Virus record (IMG/VR): IMGVR_UViG_3300050503_000029
Direction: 5' to 3' (one strand)
DNA from: a virus
DNA: 64,000 nucleotides
The notes beneath the pieces are model-generated. The model saw nothing but the letters and a program-made list of their open reading frames with translations. It did no database searches and had not been told where the DNA came from. Shown here piece by piece: positions 16,032-22,772 of this stretch. How positions within the stretch are numbered: the stretch's first letter is position 1; each line of letters begins with the position of its first letter. The position numbers were made by a program, and so were the translations under genes.

Positions 16032-16219
16032 GGATCAAGATCTCGGACGGTGTCCGAGAGGTCGAGGTGGAAGCCGCGTCGGACGAGAAGTGCGGGCACG
16101 ACCTGGAGGAGGTGGCCAAGCGGATGTACGAGCTGGTCGCCGCCAAGGGCGGGCCCGCCCCGATCGGCTTCACCTCTGCCACCACGTCAGACCATGAGCG
16201 CTCCTGGGAGCAGGAGTAA
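16028..16219 (+). CDS. hypothetical protein
   Basis: 63-aa track ORF with GTGA coupling. Confidence 0.5.
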   Translation: MRIKISDGVREVEVEAASDEKCGHDLEEVAKRMYELVAAKGGPAPIGFTSATTSDHERSWEQE

Positions 16220-16349
16220 GGAAGACCCACACCAGCCAGCGCTCGGCGATCTGTGACCCCATACGGGAGCCCTCGGAGTTGTGTCCGGGGGCTTCCTTGG
16301 TATATGATCAGGGTACCGAACATCGAACACGCTAGCTCGGCAGGCCCCC

Positions 16350-16610
16350 GTGAACTGGCTTAACGCTGCCATCACCGTCATCGACACCATCTCCGAAGCC
16401 ACTGCCACTCTCCGAGGACTCGACATGGACTCCGAATACGTCCCCCTTCTCGCCATCTGCCTCCTCGCCGGAGGGGTCATCTTCTGGCTGTTCCTCATCG
16501 GCGCCATCCTGCTGGGCGGCTGCCGTCTCGTGGCCCGAGGCTTCTGGGCCGTGGTGGACATCCTGCCGAACCGTCACGCGTCCGGTGGTTCGCTCCCGCA
16601 CGTCGAGTGA
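16350..16610 (+). CDS. small membrane protein
   Basis: 86-aa track ORF. TM LLAICLLAGGVIFWLFLIGAILLGG. Confidence 0.5.
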   Translation: MNWLNAAITVIDTISEATATLRGLDMDSEYVPLLAICLLAGGVIFWLFLIGAILLGGCRLVARGFWAVVDILPNRHASGGSLPHVE

Positions 16611-16645
16611 TACAGTCTTAGGGAAGATCAACCGAGGGAGACAAC

Positions 16646-16837
16646 GTGCTTACCCTGCTGTTCCTGGCAGTAGTCCTGACGCTCGCACTGGGCGCCTTCG
16701 CTGCGTTGGGTGTGGAGGACGCCAAGTTCCACGCGTCGCTCCAGCCCATCCGATACGACGCGTCGCCGGAGGTCATGACCTGGGAGGCCAGCCTGCCGGG
16801 TAAGCCCGCTCTTCCGTGGAGTGAGGACAAGAAGTGA
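16646..16837 (+). CDS. small membrane/exported protein
   Basis: 63-aa track ORF. N-terminal hydrophobic MLTLLFLAVVLTLALGAFAALGV. Confidence 0.5.
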   Translation: MLTLLFLAVVLTLALGAFAALGVEDAKFHASLQPIRYDASPEVMTWEASLPGKPALPWSEDKK

Positions 16838-17535
16838 CCGACGTATTCTCCACCCTGCTGGACCCGTTCTCGGCCCAGTTCCTGACGTACGACCTGGAGT
16901 TCGTGGACGACGGCAGGACCATCGACCTCGTGTCCGCCGGGTTCAAGTCGGGTGATGGTCGTACCCTGTACGTCATCAACCGCGAGATGAACCAGGAGAA
17001 GATCCTGGCCCACGACTGGATGCGGAACAACGTCTGGCCGCACCTGCCGCTCAAGGACCTCCCCGAGGTCCGAGGTGAACTCGGACAGTACCCGGTCAAG
17101 AAGTGCCGGTGTGCGTCCGCGGTCGAGGGCAAGAAGTACGAGTGGACCTGTTCGTGCATGAACGGCAAGCTGGACATGGACCACCCGGACGTCAGGCCGA
17201 TGGGTCAGATCCGGCGCATGGTGTCGGACTTCATCATGGCCTGCCACCCGAAGGGTCTCACCGGCGAGGTCAACCACCGGGACGACGTGAAGATGTGGGC
17301 GTGGTACGGGGCGTACGACCACGTCCGGCTGGCCCAGTGCTGGGGTCCGATGATCGACCTTCCGCCCCACGTCCCGATGCTGACCCACGACCTCAAGTCG
17401 GAGGCCATGCGTCTGGGCAACCCGAAGATGCCGGCGCAGAAGGGCAAGGAGCACAACGCCCTGGCCGACGCGGAGGGGAACCACCTGAAGGCCAAGTTCC
17501 TCTGGGGCCTGGCGACCGACAACCCGTACGAGTAG
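16834..17535 (+). CDS. DEDDh 3'-5' exonuclease
   Basis: Exo I YDLEFVDDG and Exo III HNALADAEGN (H-x4-D). 233 aa. GTGA coupling. Confidence 0.75.
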   Translation: MTDVFSTLLDPFSAQFLTYDLEFVDDGRTIDLVSAGFKSGDGRTLYVINREMNQEKILAHDWMRNNVWPHLPLKDLPEVRGELGQYPVKKCRCASAVEGKKYEWTCSCMNGKLDMDHPDVRPMGQIRRMVSDFIMACHPKGLTGEVNHRDDVKMWAWYGAYDHVRLAQCWGPMIDLPPHVPMLTHDLKSEAMRLGNPKMPAQKGKEHNALADAEGNHLKAKFLWGLATDNPYE

Positions 17536-17540
17536 GGGAT

Positions 17541-17945
17541 ATGCAGGCATCGGACACGGATGAGCTGGCGCGTAGGTTCGCCTACCACGCGCCGCTGAGT
17601 GACACGAGGCGACAGGCCCACGAGAACATCCGCGGGCAGATCGGCCGCCTGGCACAGTTCGTCGTGCACACCGTGCCGGCGGGACGTGAGCAGGCCCTGG
17701 CCGTGACCAAGCTGGAAGAGGCCATGATGTGGGCCAACGCCGGCCTGGCCCGAGCGGCCGACCCGGAGGCAGAGGAGCTGGTCGTCCTCACCCCGGTCGA
17801 GAAGGCACAGCGGGCGTACGAGGCGTACGGCGCCGTGACCGAGCACAAGAACTTCCAGGGTGATCCCATGCCGGCATGGGACGACCTGGGGGACACGATC
17901 CAGGCCGCGTGGGTTGCGGCCGCGAACATCGGAGGGAACCTGTGA
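17541..17945 (+). CDS. hypothetical helical protein
   Basis: ATG 17541 inside track ORF 17103..17945 (MQASDTDELARRFAYHAPLSDTRRQAHENIRG...). Sits immediately upstream of, and is coupled to, the endolysin gene. Confidence 0.6.
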   Translation: MQASDTDELARRFAYHAPLSDTRRQAHENIRGQIGRLAQFVVHTVPAGREQALAVTKLEEAMMWANAGLARAADPEAEELVVLTPVEKAQRAYEAYGAVTEHKNFQGDPMPAWDDLGDTIQAAWVAAANIGGNL

Positions 17946-18862
17946 CGACACTCACCGGCCCGCAGATCTACCCGGGCGCCGTGGCGTCTGGCTCATCGTG
18001 GTACGAGGACAACTGGGGCGGCGACCCGATGGAGGTCAACGTCGTCGTCCTCCACACCACCGAAGGCACGACGCTCCCGACGTACGACGGCGGCGCGGTC
18101 GCGCCCAACATCACGTTCGTCCCGGACTTCCGGAACAAGCGGCTCAAGGCGTACCAGCACTACCGCACGGACATCTCCTCGCGTGCCCTGGTGAACAAGC
18201 TGGGCGGCGTGGCGACGAACACCAACAACGTCACCCAGGCGGAGTTCGTCGGGACGTGCGACCCGGCAACGTCTCGCCGCTGGACAGCGGCTGGTGTGGA
18301 GCACATCTTCTGGCCGGACGCCCCCGACTGGGCGCTCCGCGAGATGGCCGAGTACCTGGCCTGGCTGTACGAGGAGCACGGCATCCCGCTCGTGGCGCCG
18401 GCGAAGTGGCCGGCCTACCCGACGTCCTACGCCAACGGCGGCGGGCAGCGGATGACCGAGGCGCAGTGGAACGCGTTCCACGGAGTGTGCGGTCACATGC
18501 ACCCGCCGGAGAACGTGCACGGCGACCCCGGCTCGCTCAACATCCAGAAGGTGCTGGCGTACGCGAAGGACCTGGCTGGCGACGGTGACGCGGACATCCC
18601 CGTGCCGACGCCGCCCAAGACCATCCCCGCGTTCCCGGGACGGAAGTACTTCCGTGCCGGCGCCAACAACAAGTACGTGACCCAGCTCGGCCAGCGCCTC
18701 GTGAAGAAGGGGTTCGGCCGGCACTACGTCGAGGGACCCGGGCCGAAGTGGGGAGAGGCCGACCGGCTGAACGTGCGGGACTTCCAGCGCTCGAAGGCTG
18801 CCCTCAAGGGTGACGCCGACGGGTACCCGGGTCCCCTGACCTGGAAGTTGCTGTTCTCGTAG
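17942..18862 (+). CDS. endolysin: N-acetylmuramoyl-L-alanine amidase with C-terminal peptidoglycan-binding domain
   Basis: GTG 17942 (GTGA overlap). Amidase-type VVVLHTTEGTTLPTY. C-terminal PG-binding repeat YVTQLGQRLVKKGFG ... DGYPGPLTWKLLF. Confidence 0.85.
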   Translation: MTTLTGPQIYPGAVASGSSWYEDNWGGDPMEVNVVVLHTTEGTTLPTYDGGAVAPNITFVPDFRNKRLKAYQHYRTDISSRALVNKLGGVATNTNNVTQAEFVGTCDPATSRRWTAAGVEHIFWPDAPDWALREMAEYLAWLYEEHGIPLVAPAKWPAYPTSYANGGGQRMTEAQWNAFHGVCGHMHPPENVHGDPGSLNIQKVLAYAKDLAGDGDADIPVPTPPKTIPAFPGRKYFRAGANNKYVTQLGQRLVKKGFGRHYVEGPGPKWGEADRLNVRDFQRSKAALKGDADGYPGPLTWKLLFS

Positions 18863-18865
18863 GTC

Positions 18866-18895
18866 TTGACCCTCGGCGCTTGTGGCGCTTAGAGT
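18866..18895 (+). promoter_or_regulatory. promoter TTGACC-N18-TAGAGT
   Basis: -35 at 18866..18871, -10 at 18890..18895, in the 76-bp gap after the endolysin gene. Confidence 0.55.
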
Positions 18896-18938
18896 CGAGT
18901 GAGTGAGCCCGACGACAACGACCTGGAGATGAGATCCC

Positions 18939-19451
18939 GTGATCATCGACCACGACACCATGACCCAGATGGGTCCCACCGACGAGACCATGCCGCTTCG
19001 CGTCATCCAGCAGGCGGAGCCCGCGGTGGACTACCCCGTGATGGAGAAGAGGATGCAGTGGGCGGGTCCGTTCCCGGTGCGTCCGGTGCGGTCGATGACG
19101 GGGCGTCTCTCCCTCCGGAAGTCGGCCCCGGCTGACGTCCCCGACCTGGAGACGTTCGCCAGGGAGGCGCCGATCGAGGACGTGGTGGAAGCGGTCAAGA
19201 TCCTCTCCTCCGAGGACACCGCCACTCACGCCCTGCCGGCGGTGGAGAAGCTGACCGGTGCGCCGTCTACCCAGAAGCTGGCGCACCGATCGGCCGCTCA
19301 TGTCCAGCGCGTGTTCAACGAGGCCGGCTGGCCGATCGCCGTCTGGTACGGCGAGGCCACGAAGGAGTACTGGGTGATGGACGAGAGCGGGCTCCACTCG
19401 TTCGAGTCTGTCACCGCCATGTACCAGGGCATGGGATGGGAAGCGCTGTAG
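18939..19451 (+). CDS. hypothetical protein
   Basis: 170-aa track ORF. GTG start after GGAGATGAG. Confidence 0.6.
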   Translation: MIIDHDTMTQMGPTDETMPLRVIQQAEPAVDYPVMEKRMQWAGPFPVRPVRSMTGRLSLRKSAPADVPDLETFAREAPIEDVVEAVKILSSEDTATHALPAVEKLTGAPSTQKLAHRSAAHVQRVFNEAGWPIAVWYGEATKEYWVMDESGLHSFESVTAMYQGMGWEAL

Positions 19452-19501
19452 GGTCTCCGTTCCCTCTGTTCGCTTCCCGCGACCAACCAGCGCCCAACGA
19501 C

Positions 19502-19537
19502 GAGAGCCCCCGACATTCCCCCCGGTCGGGGGCTCTC
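19502..19537 (+). terminator. intrinsic-terminator-like hairpin
   Basis: GAGAGCCCCCGAC-N10-GTCGGGGGCTCTC, a 13-bp perfect stem with the same GAGAG/CTCTC base as the right-arm terminators. Confidence 0.6.
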
Positions 19538-19548
19538 CGGCGGACGCC

Positions 19549-19583
19549 TTGACACCGTGTCGTGAGCGTGGGAGAGTTAGTCC
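19549..19583 (+). promoter_or_regulatory. cassette-type promoter relic or variant (TTGACA ... TTAGTC CTGTCAGCAAGACAACG)
   Basis: It carries the conserved downstream block CTGTCAGCAAGAC and the leader TAACTCAACAGGGAGC, shared with 58268..58283. The -35 to -10 spacing is 22 nt, so activity is doubtful. Confidence 0.3.
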
Positions 19584-19627
19584 TGTCAGCAAGACAACGC
19601 ACCACCTAACTCAACAGGGAGCATCCC

Positions 19628-19849
19628 ATGACCTGGGTAGCAGCCGAATCCGATGGCACTCCGCTCGCCGGCTTCGAGTACGGGACGTTCGTCGCGTACC
19701 AGATGGCAGACGGTACCGAGCGTACCGGGAAGATCATCGTCCAGGGAACGGACAAGATCGGGAGCGTCCACATGATCGAGGACGACGAGAACCCCGACGC
19801 TGAGATGGTGAAGATCTCGCCTCAGTTCGTGCGCCGGCTGAGCGACTGA
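19628..19849 (+). CDS. hypothetical protein (last rightward gene of the left arm)
   Basis: 73-aa track ORF. SD GGGAG lies 7 nt upstream. Followed by a terminator. Confidence 0.6.
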   Translation: MTWVAAESDGTPLAGFEYGTFVAYQMADGTERTGKIIVQGTDKIGSVHMIEDDENPDAEMVKISPQFVRRLSD

Positions 19850-19865
19850 TCCACACCAGCAGAGA

Positions 19866-19900
19866 AGCCCCTGACTCGGGAAACTGAGTCGGGGGCTTTT
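19866..19900. terminator. bidirectional terminator hairpin
   Basis: AGCCCCTGACTCGG-GAAA-CTGAGTCGGGGGCT followed by TTT. 14-bp stem. Confidence 0.65.
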
Positions 19901-19925
19901 CGGTGTCGGGCGTCTCTCGTGCGGA

Positions 19926-19948
19926 AAGCTCTGTGCGCTCGTTAGGAG
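19926..19948 (+). repeat. 23-bp intergenic repeat AAGCTCTGTGCGCTCGTTAGGAG (copy 2)
   Basis: Identical to 690..712. Lies between the two convergent terminators. Confidence 0.85.
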
Positions 19949-20094
19949 AGATCGATTAGCTCGCCTGAGAGTATCTGTCACTTCGCTATGCGCCTCGCCG
20001 AGAGACGCTGTTCTGTGCGTTTTGGAGCTAGGTCTCGACGTCTGACAGAGTGCACGCGACAGAATCAGAATGCGCTCTGGTCCTGTACACCATC

Positions 20095-20128
20095 GAGCCC
20101 CCGTCTGTACCTGACATGACGGGGGCTC
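20095..20128. terminator. terminator hairpin at the end of the leftward virion operon
   Basis: GAGCCCCCGTC-N12-GACGGGGGCTC, an 11-bp perfect stem, 28 nt beyond the stop at 20156. Confidence 0.55.
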
Positions 20129-20155
20129 TTTGGCGGTGCGAGGCGCGGGGCCGAA

Positions 20156-20395
20156 CTACTTCGGGACGGACTGGATGGCGGCGGCTACAGTGCTGCCGGC
20201 TCCCATCAGAAGGGCTACGCCGATGGCGTACCGCCAGTTCTCCAGGGACCCAGTGCGGGTCTCCAGCTTCTCGATGTCCGCCCGTACTCCGGCCATGTCG
20301 TTGTCGTGGGCGGTCCGATCCTCGACTGCCCGCTGGAGGCTGAGGTCTAGCTTCGCCTCGATGCGGACCAGTCTCTCCACGTCTTCTCTGGACAT
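20156..20395 (-). CDS. coiled-coil protein with C-terminal TM anchor (lysis-associated?)
   Basis: ATG 20395 (MSREDVERLVRIEAKLDL...) inside track ORF 20156..20635. C-terminal TM AIGVALLMGAGSTVAAAI. Last gene of the operon, next to the holin-like gene. Confidence 0.5.
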   Translation of the reverse strand: MSREDVERLVRIEAKLDLSLQRAVEDRTAHDNDMAGVRADIEKLETRTGSLENWRYAIGVALLMGAGSTVAAAIQSVPK

Positions 20396-20400
20396 GTCGC

Positions 20401-20703
20401 TCACTGGGCGTCTCCGGTGGGGTCGTTGTTCGCGGCCTTGTCGCCGGCACCACCTCCCGCGTTGGAGTAGGTCGGCGCCTTGGAAGATCCCAGCAGGTAG
20501 CGGCCGGCAGCCGGCCACTTGTGCTGGATCGCGCTGGCCGCGGTGTAGTAACCCGCGGTAGCGAGAGCCGTTCCCCCAGTCACGAGAAGGAGCTGGGTGT
20601 CGGTGTCGACCTCGACACCGCGAAGGGCAAGCCAAGAGATGAGAGCGCCGACTCCAGACGGGACGTAAGTACGGATCTGGGCAACCAGGTAGTCACGGAA
20701 CAT
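20401..20703 (-). CDS. holin-like 2-TM membrane protein
   Basis: 100-aa track ORF. Hydrophobic segments VPSGVGALISWLALRGV and LLLVTGGTALATAGYYTAASAI, with a charged Gly-rich tail. Confidence 0.5.
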   Translation of the reverse strand: MFRDYLVAQIRTYVPSGVGALISWLALRGVEVDTDTQLLLVTGGTALATAGYYTAASAIQHKWPAAGRYLLGSSKAPTYSNAGGGAGDKAANNDPTGDAQ

Positions 20704-20768
20704 GGGGTTCCTCCTGTGATGTACTGCGGTTGGGTGTGGGTCTGGTACGGGTAAGTATCGGCGATCTC

Positions 20769-21725
20769 CTAGAAGTACGTGGTAACGATGACAATGCCAG
20801 GGGCACCATCGCCACCATTGAGTGCGCCGTCAGCAGTGGTACCCGAGCAGGCACCTCCACCACCGGAGCCATAGCCCATGCCGGCAACACCGGCTACCTG
20901 GGCTCCAGCCGCGGAGCATCCGCGACCTCCACCACCGAGGTAGGAGTTACCTCCCATACCTCCCATGGTGACACCTGAGGGTTGCCTCATGCCAGCGCCG
21001 CCGCCCTGGCCGTTGATGGCAATGTCTGCCACGATGGTCTCGGATGCAGCCGTGGCACCAGAGATTCCAGCGTTGGACGCGCCCGTACCAGTCGATCCGC
21101 CGCCGGGTCCTCCGGTGGCAGAGACGTACGAGCCGAACGACGACGAGGTGCCATTGCCTCCCGTGCCTGTACCACCAGTGCCGCCGGAGCCGACTGTCAC
21201 AGTGACCGAGTCGTCAACCGAGTTGGCCAGGAGGGTGGACTCACCGTACCCGCCGCCGGCTCCGCCACCGCCGGCACAGACTTCACCTGCCGCGGTAGCA
21301 ACCACTCCGCCGCCTGCACCGCCACCGGCCTGTACCTGGACGCGGATCGAGCGTGCACCCTGCGGCTTCTCCCATGTGTCAGATCCGACCGTGGAGAAGA
21401 TGTCGATCTTGGGGTCCTGAGTGGCGGGACTCACGGTGCCGATGATCAGATACGTGGTACCGATCGGCAGGAGAACGACACGGTGGCCGGGCAGGGGGTA
21501 GTAACCGACCATGGTCTTGTACCGCTTCTGGCTGACGACCTTCTCGCCGTCGAACATGATCCTGGGGTAGATGCCTCCCAGGAAGTCGTTCGGGTCGTAG
21601 TCGTAGTCCACCGTACCAAGGCGGATCGGTCGGCCCTCGATGTTGGGGCCAGCGTTAGCCTCGGTGAAGCCGGCGATGGAGCGGAGGAAGTCATGAGCTT
21701 TGCGGCTCGAACCCGATCCAGACAT
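20769..21725 (-). CDS. glycine-rich minor tail protein
   Basis: 318 aa. Long GGxGG tracts (GGGGAGGGYG, GSGGTGGTGTGGNGT, GGPGGGSTGTG). Located distal to the tail fibre genes. Confidence 0.75.
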   Translation of the reverse strand: MSGSGSSRKAHDFLRSIAGFTEANAGPNIEGRPIRLGTVDYDYDPNDFLGGIYPRIMFDGEKVVSQKRYKTMVGYYPLPGHRVVLLPIGTTYLIIGTVSPATQDPKIDIFSTVGSDTWEKPQGARSIRVQVQAGGGAGGGVVATAAGEVCAGGGGAGGGYGESTLLANSVDDSVTVTVGSGGTGGTGTGGNGTSSSFGSYVSATGGPGGGSTGTGASNAGISGATAASETIVADIAINGQGGGAGMRQPSGVTMGGMGGNSYLGGGGRGCSAAGAQVAGVAGMGYGSGGGGACSGTTADGALNGGDGAPGIVIVTTYF

Positions 21726-21994
21726 CAGTCCTCCTCGAAGATCGGAACGGGGTTGGTCGGGGTGTCACACAACCCACACACCGCGCGGAAGACTCCGTCG
21801 CCGTTCTCGTGGAGCTTGACAGGGGACGCGATACCGAACGCCGCACAGGTAGGTGTGGTGCATGTCGAGGTCCCCGGGATGGACAGCCACTCGTCGTGCT
21901 CCGGCCACTCTCGCTCTTCCTCGGGACGCTGGGAGATCTCCTCCAGCAGGACCCGGAACTCGATGGCCTTCGCCTCGTACTCGGCCCGCTTCAT
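21725..21994 (-). CDS. hypothetical protein (4 Cys)
   Basis: 89-aa track ORF, coupled at both ends. CTTPTC ... CGLC. Confidence 0.55.
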   Translation of the reverse strand: MKRAEYEAKAIEFRVLLEEISQRPEEEREWPEHDEWLSIPGTSTCTTPTCAAFGIASPVKLHENGDGVFRAVCGLCDTPTNPVPIFEED

Positions 21995-22296
21995 GAGGTG
22001 AACTCCTGCCAGGACACCCAGTGCACGGTCGTGTCCACGTCGTTGGTACGGAAGATGTATGCGGTGAACCCGGTCGGTGTCGAGAAGCGATAGCCCACCT
22101 CACGAACACGAGACCACGGGAAAGCCGAGTGCGCGGTCAGCAATACCACCGGCTCGTTCGTGCCGGCGTGGTTGACCTTCACCTCGGATGCCGTGGCGGA
22201 GTTCGTCTGGGGACTCATGAGCACAGAGCCGAACAAGATGTTGGCCGCGCTCAAGGCGCCCGACACCACAAGGTCGTCGGCAATGGTCGTAGTCAT
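21991..22296 (-). CDS. stand-alone beta-rich domain protein (H-type-lectin-like), paralog 2
   Basis: 101 aa. Alignable by eye with 22466..22771 and with the last 95 aa of 22773..26192 (DDLVVSGAL..., ...HWVSWQ). Confidence 0.65.
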   Translation of the reverse strand: MTTTIADDLVVSGALSAANILFGSVLMSPQTNSATASEVKVNHAGTNEPVVLLTAHSAFPWSRVREVGYRFSTPTGFTAYIFRTNDVDTTVHWVSWQEFTS

Positions 22297-22358
22297 GGCA
22301 CCTCCTCACTTGAGCCGGTTTGACTTGAGGCCAAACTTTCAGCTTACTGTATGAGGGC

Positions 22359-22387
22359 ATGATAGCGCAAGTTCAGACTTTTGGCAA
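22359..22387 (-). promoter_or_regulatory. internal promoter-like TTGCCA-N17-TATCAT
   Basis: Reverse strand: -35 at 22387..22382, -10 at 22364..22359, in the 169-bp gap inside the tail operon. Confidence 0.4.
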
Positions 22388-22405
22388 CAAGGGCCCGTGG
22401 TCCCT

Positions 22406-22417
22406 GACAACGTTGCC
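22406..22417. repeat. GACAACGTTGCC palindromic motif
   Basis: The reverse strand reads TGGCAACGTTGTCAGG, identical to 60102..60117. Related copies at 63047..63058 and 63498..63509. Confidence 0.75.
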
Positions 22418-22465
22418 AATGTCCATACCAACCAGCCCCGGACTTGGGGATCCAGGGCTGGGAGG

Positions 22466-22771
22466 TCAGGTCCGCTTCCGCCACATGAGCCAGCCGACCT
22501 TGGTGGCTGTCGTGTTGTCGCGGTAGGTCCAGACGGTCATGCCGGTTGCCGACACAGACGAGATGCTGGACTCCAGGACGTCCGTGTTCGGCAGACTCGT
22601 GACCGAGGTGCACAGGCCGACGACGGTGCCGGTTCCCTTGAGACTCGGGACCGAGACTGCCACGGACGTGGGAGTGTTCGCCACAGGGGTGATGGTCACG
22701 AGACCCACGGCGATGTTGCCGGCCTTCAGCCGGCCGGAGATCCGGAGATCCCCGTTGCGGATCTGTGCCAT
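22466..22771 (-). CDS. stand-alone beta-rich domain protein (H-type-lectin-like), paralog 1
   Basis: 101 aa. NGDLRISGRLKAGNIAVGLVTITPVANTPTSVAVS... closely parallels the C-terminus of 22773..26192 (VVITGALEVGNIAVGVTTLTPVANKPTKVAVS...). Confidence 0.65.
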   Translation of the reverse strand: MAQIRNGDLRISGRLKAGNIAVGLVTITPVANTPTSVAVSVPSLKGTGTVVGLCTSVTSLPNTDVLESSISSVSATGMTVWTYRDNTTATKVGWLMWRKRT

Positions 22772-22772
22772 G

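Noticed and set aside
16263-16310. Terminator plus TATGAT promoter between genes 16028..16219 and 16350..16610
   Set aside because: The hairpin GGGAGCCCTCGG/CCGGGGGCTTCC is imperfect, and the only -35 candidate (TTGTGT) lies inside it with ambiguous spacing. This is too weak to call.
19549-19583. A fully functional cassette promoter in front of gene 19628
   Set aside because: The -35 to -10 spacing is 22 nt rather than 17-18, although the leader blocks are conserved. It is kept only as a low-confidence variant or relic. Gene 19628 may be read through from 18866.
20156-20635. The 159-aa track ORF as a single gene
   Set aside because: Its N-terminal half is R/G/P-rich shadow sequence overlapping the better 100-aa membrane ORF 20401..20703 in another frame. 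It was trimmed to the internal ATG at 20395, which gives a coiled-coil plus TM protein.
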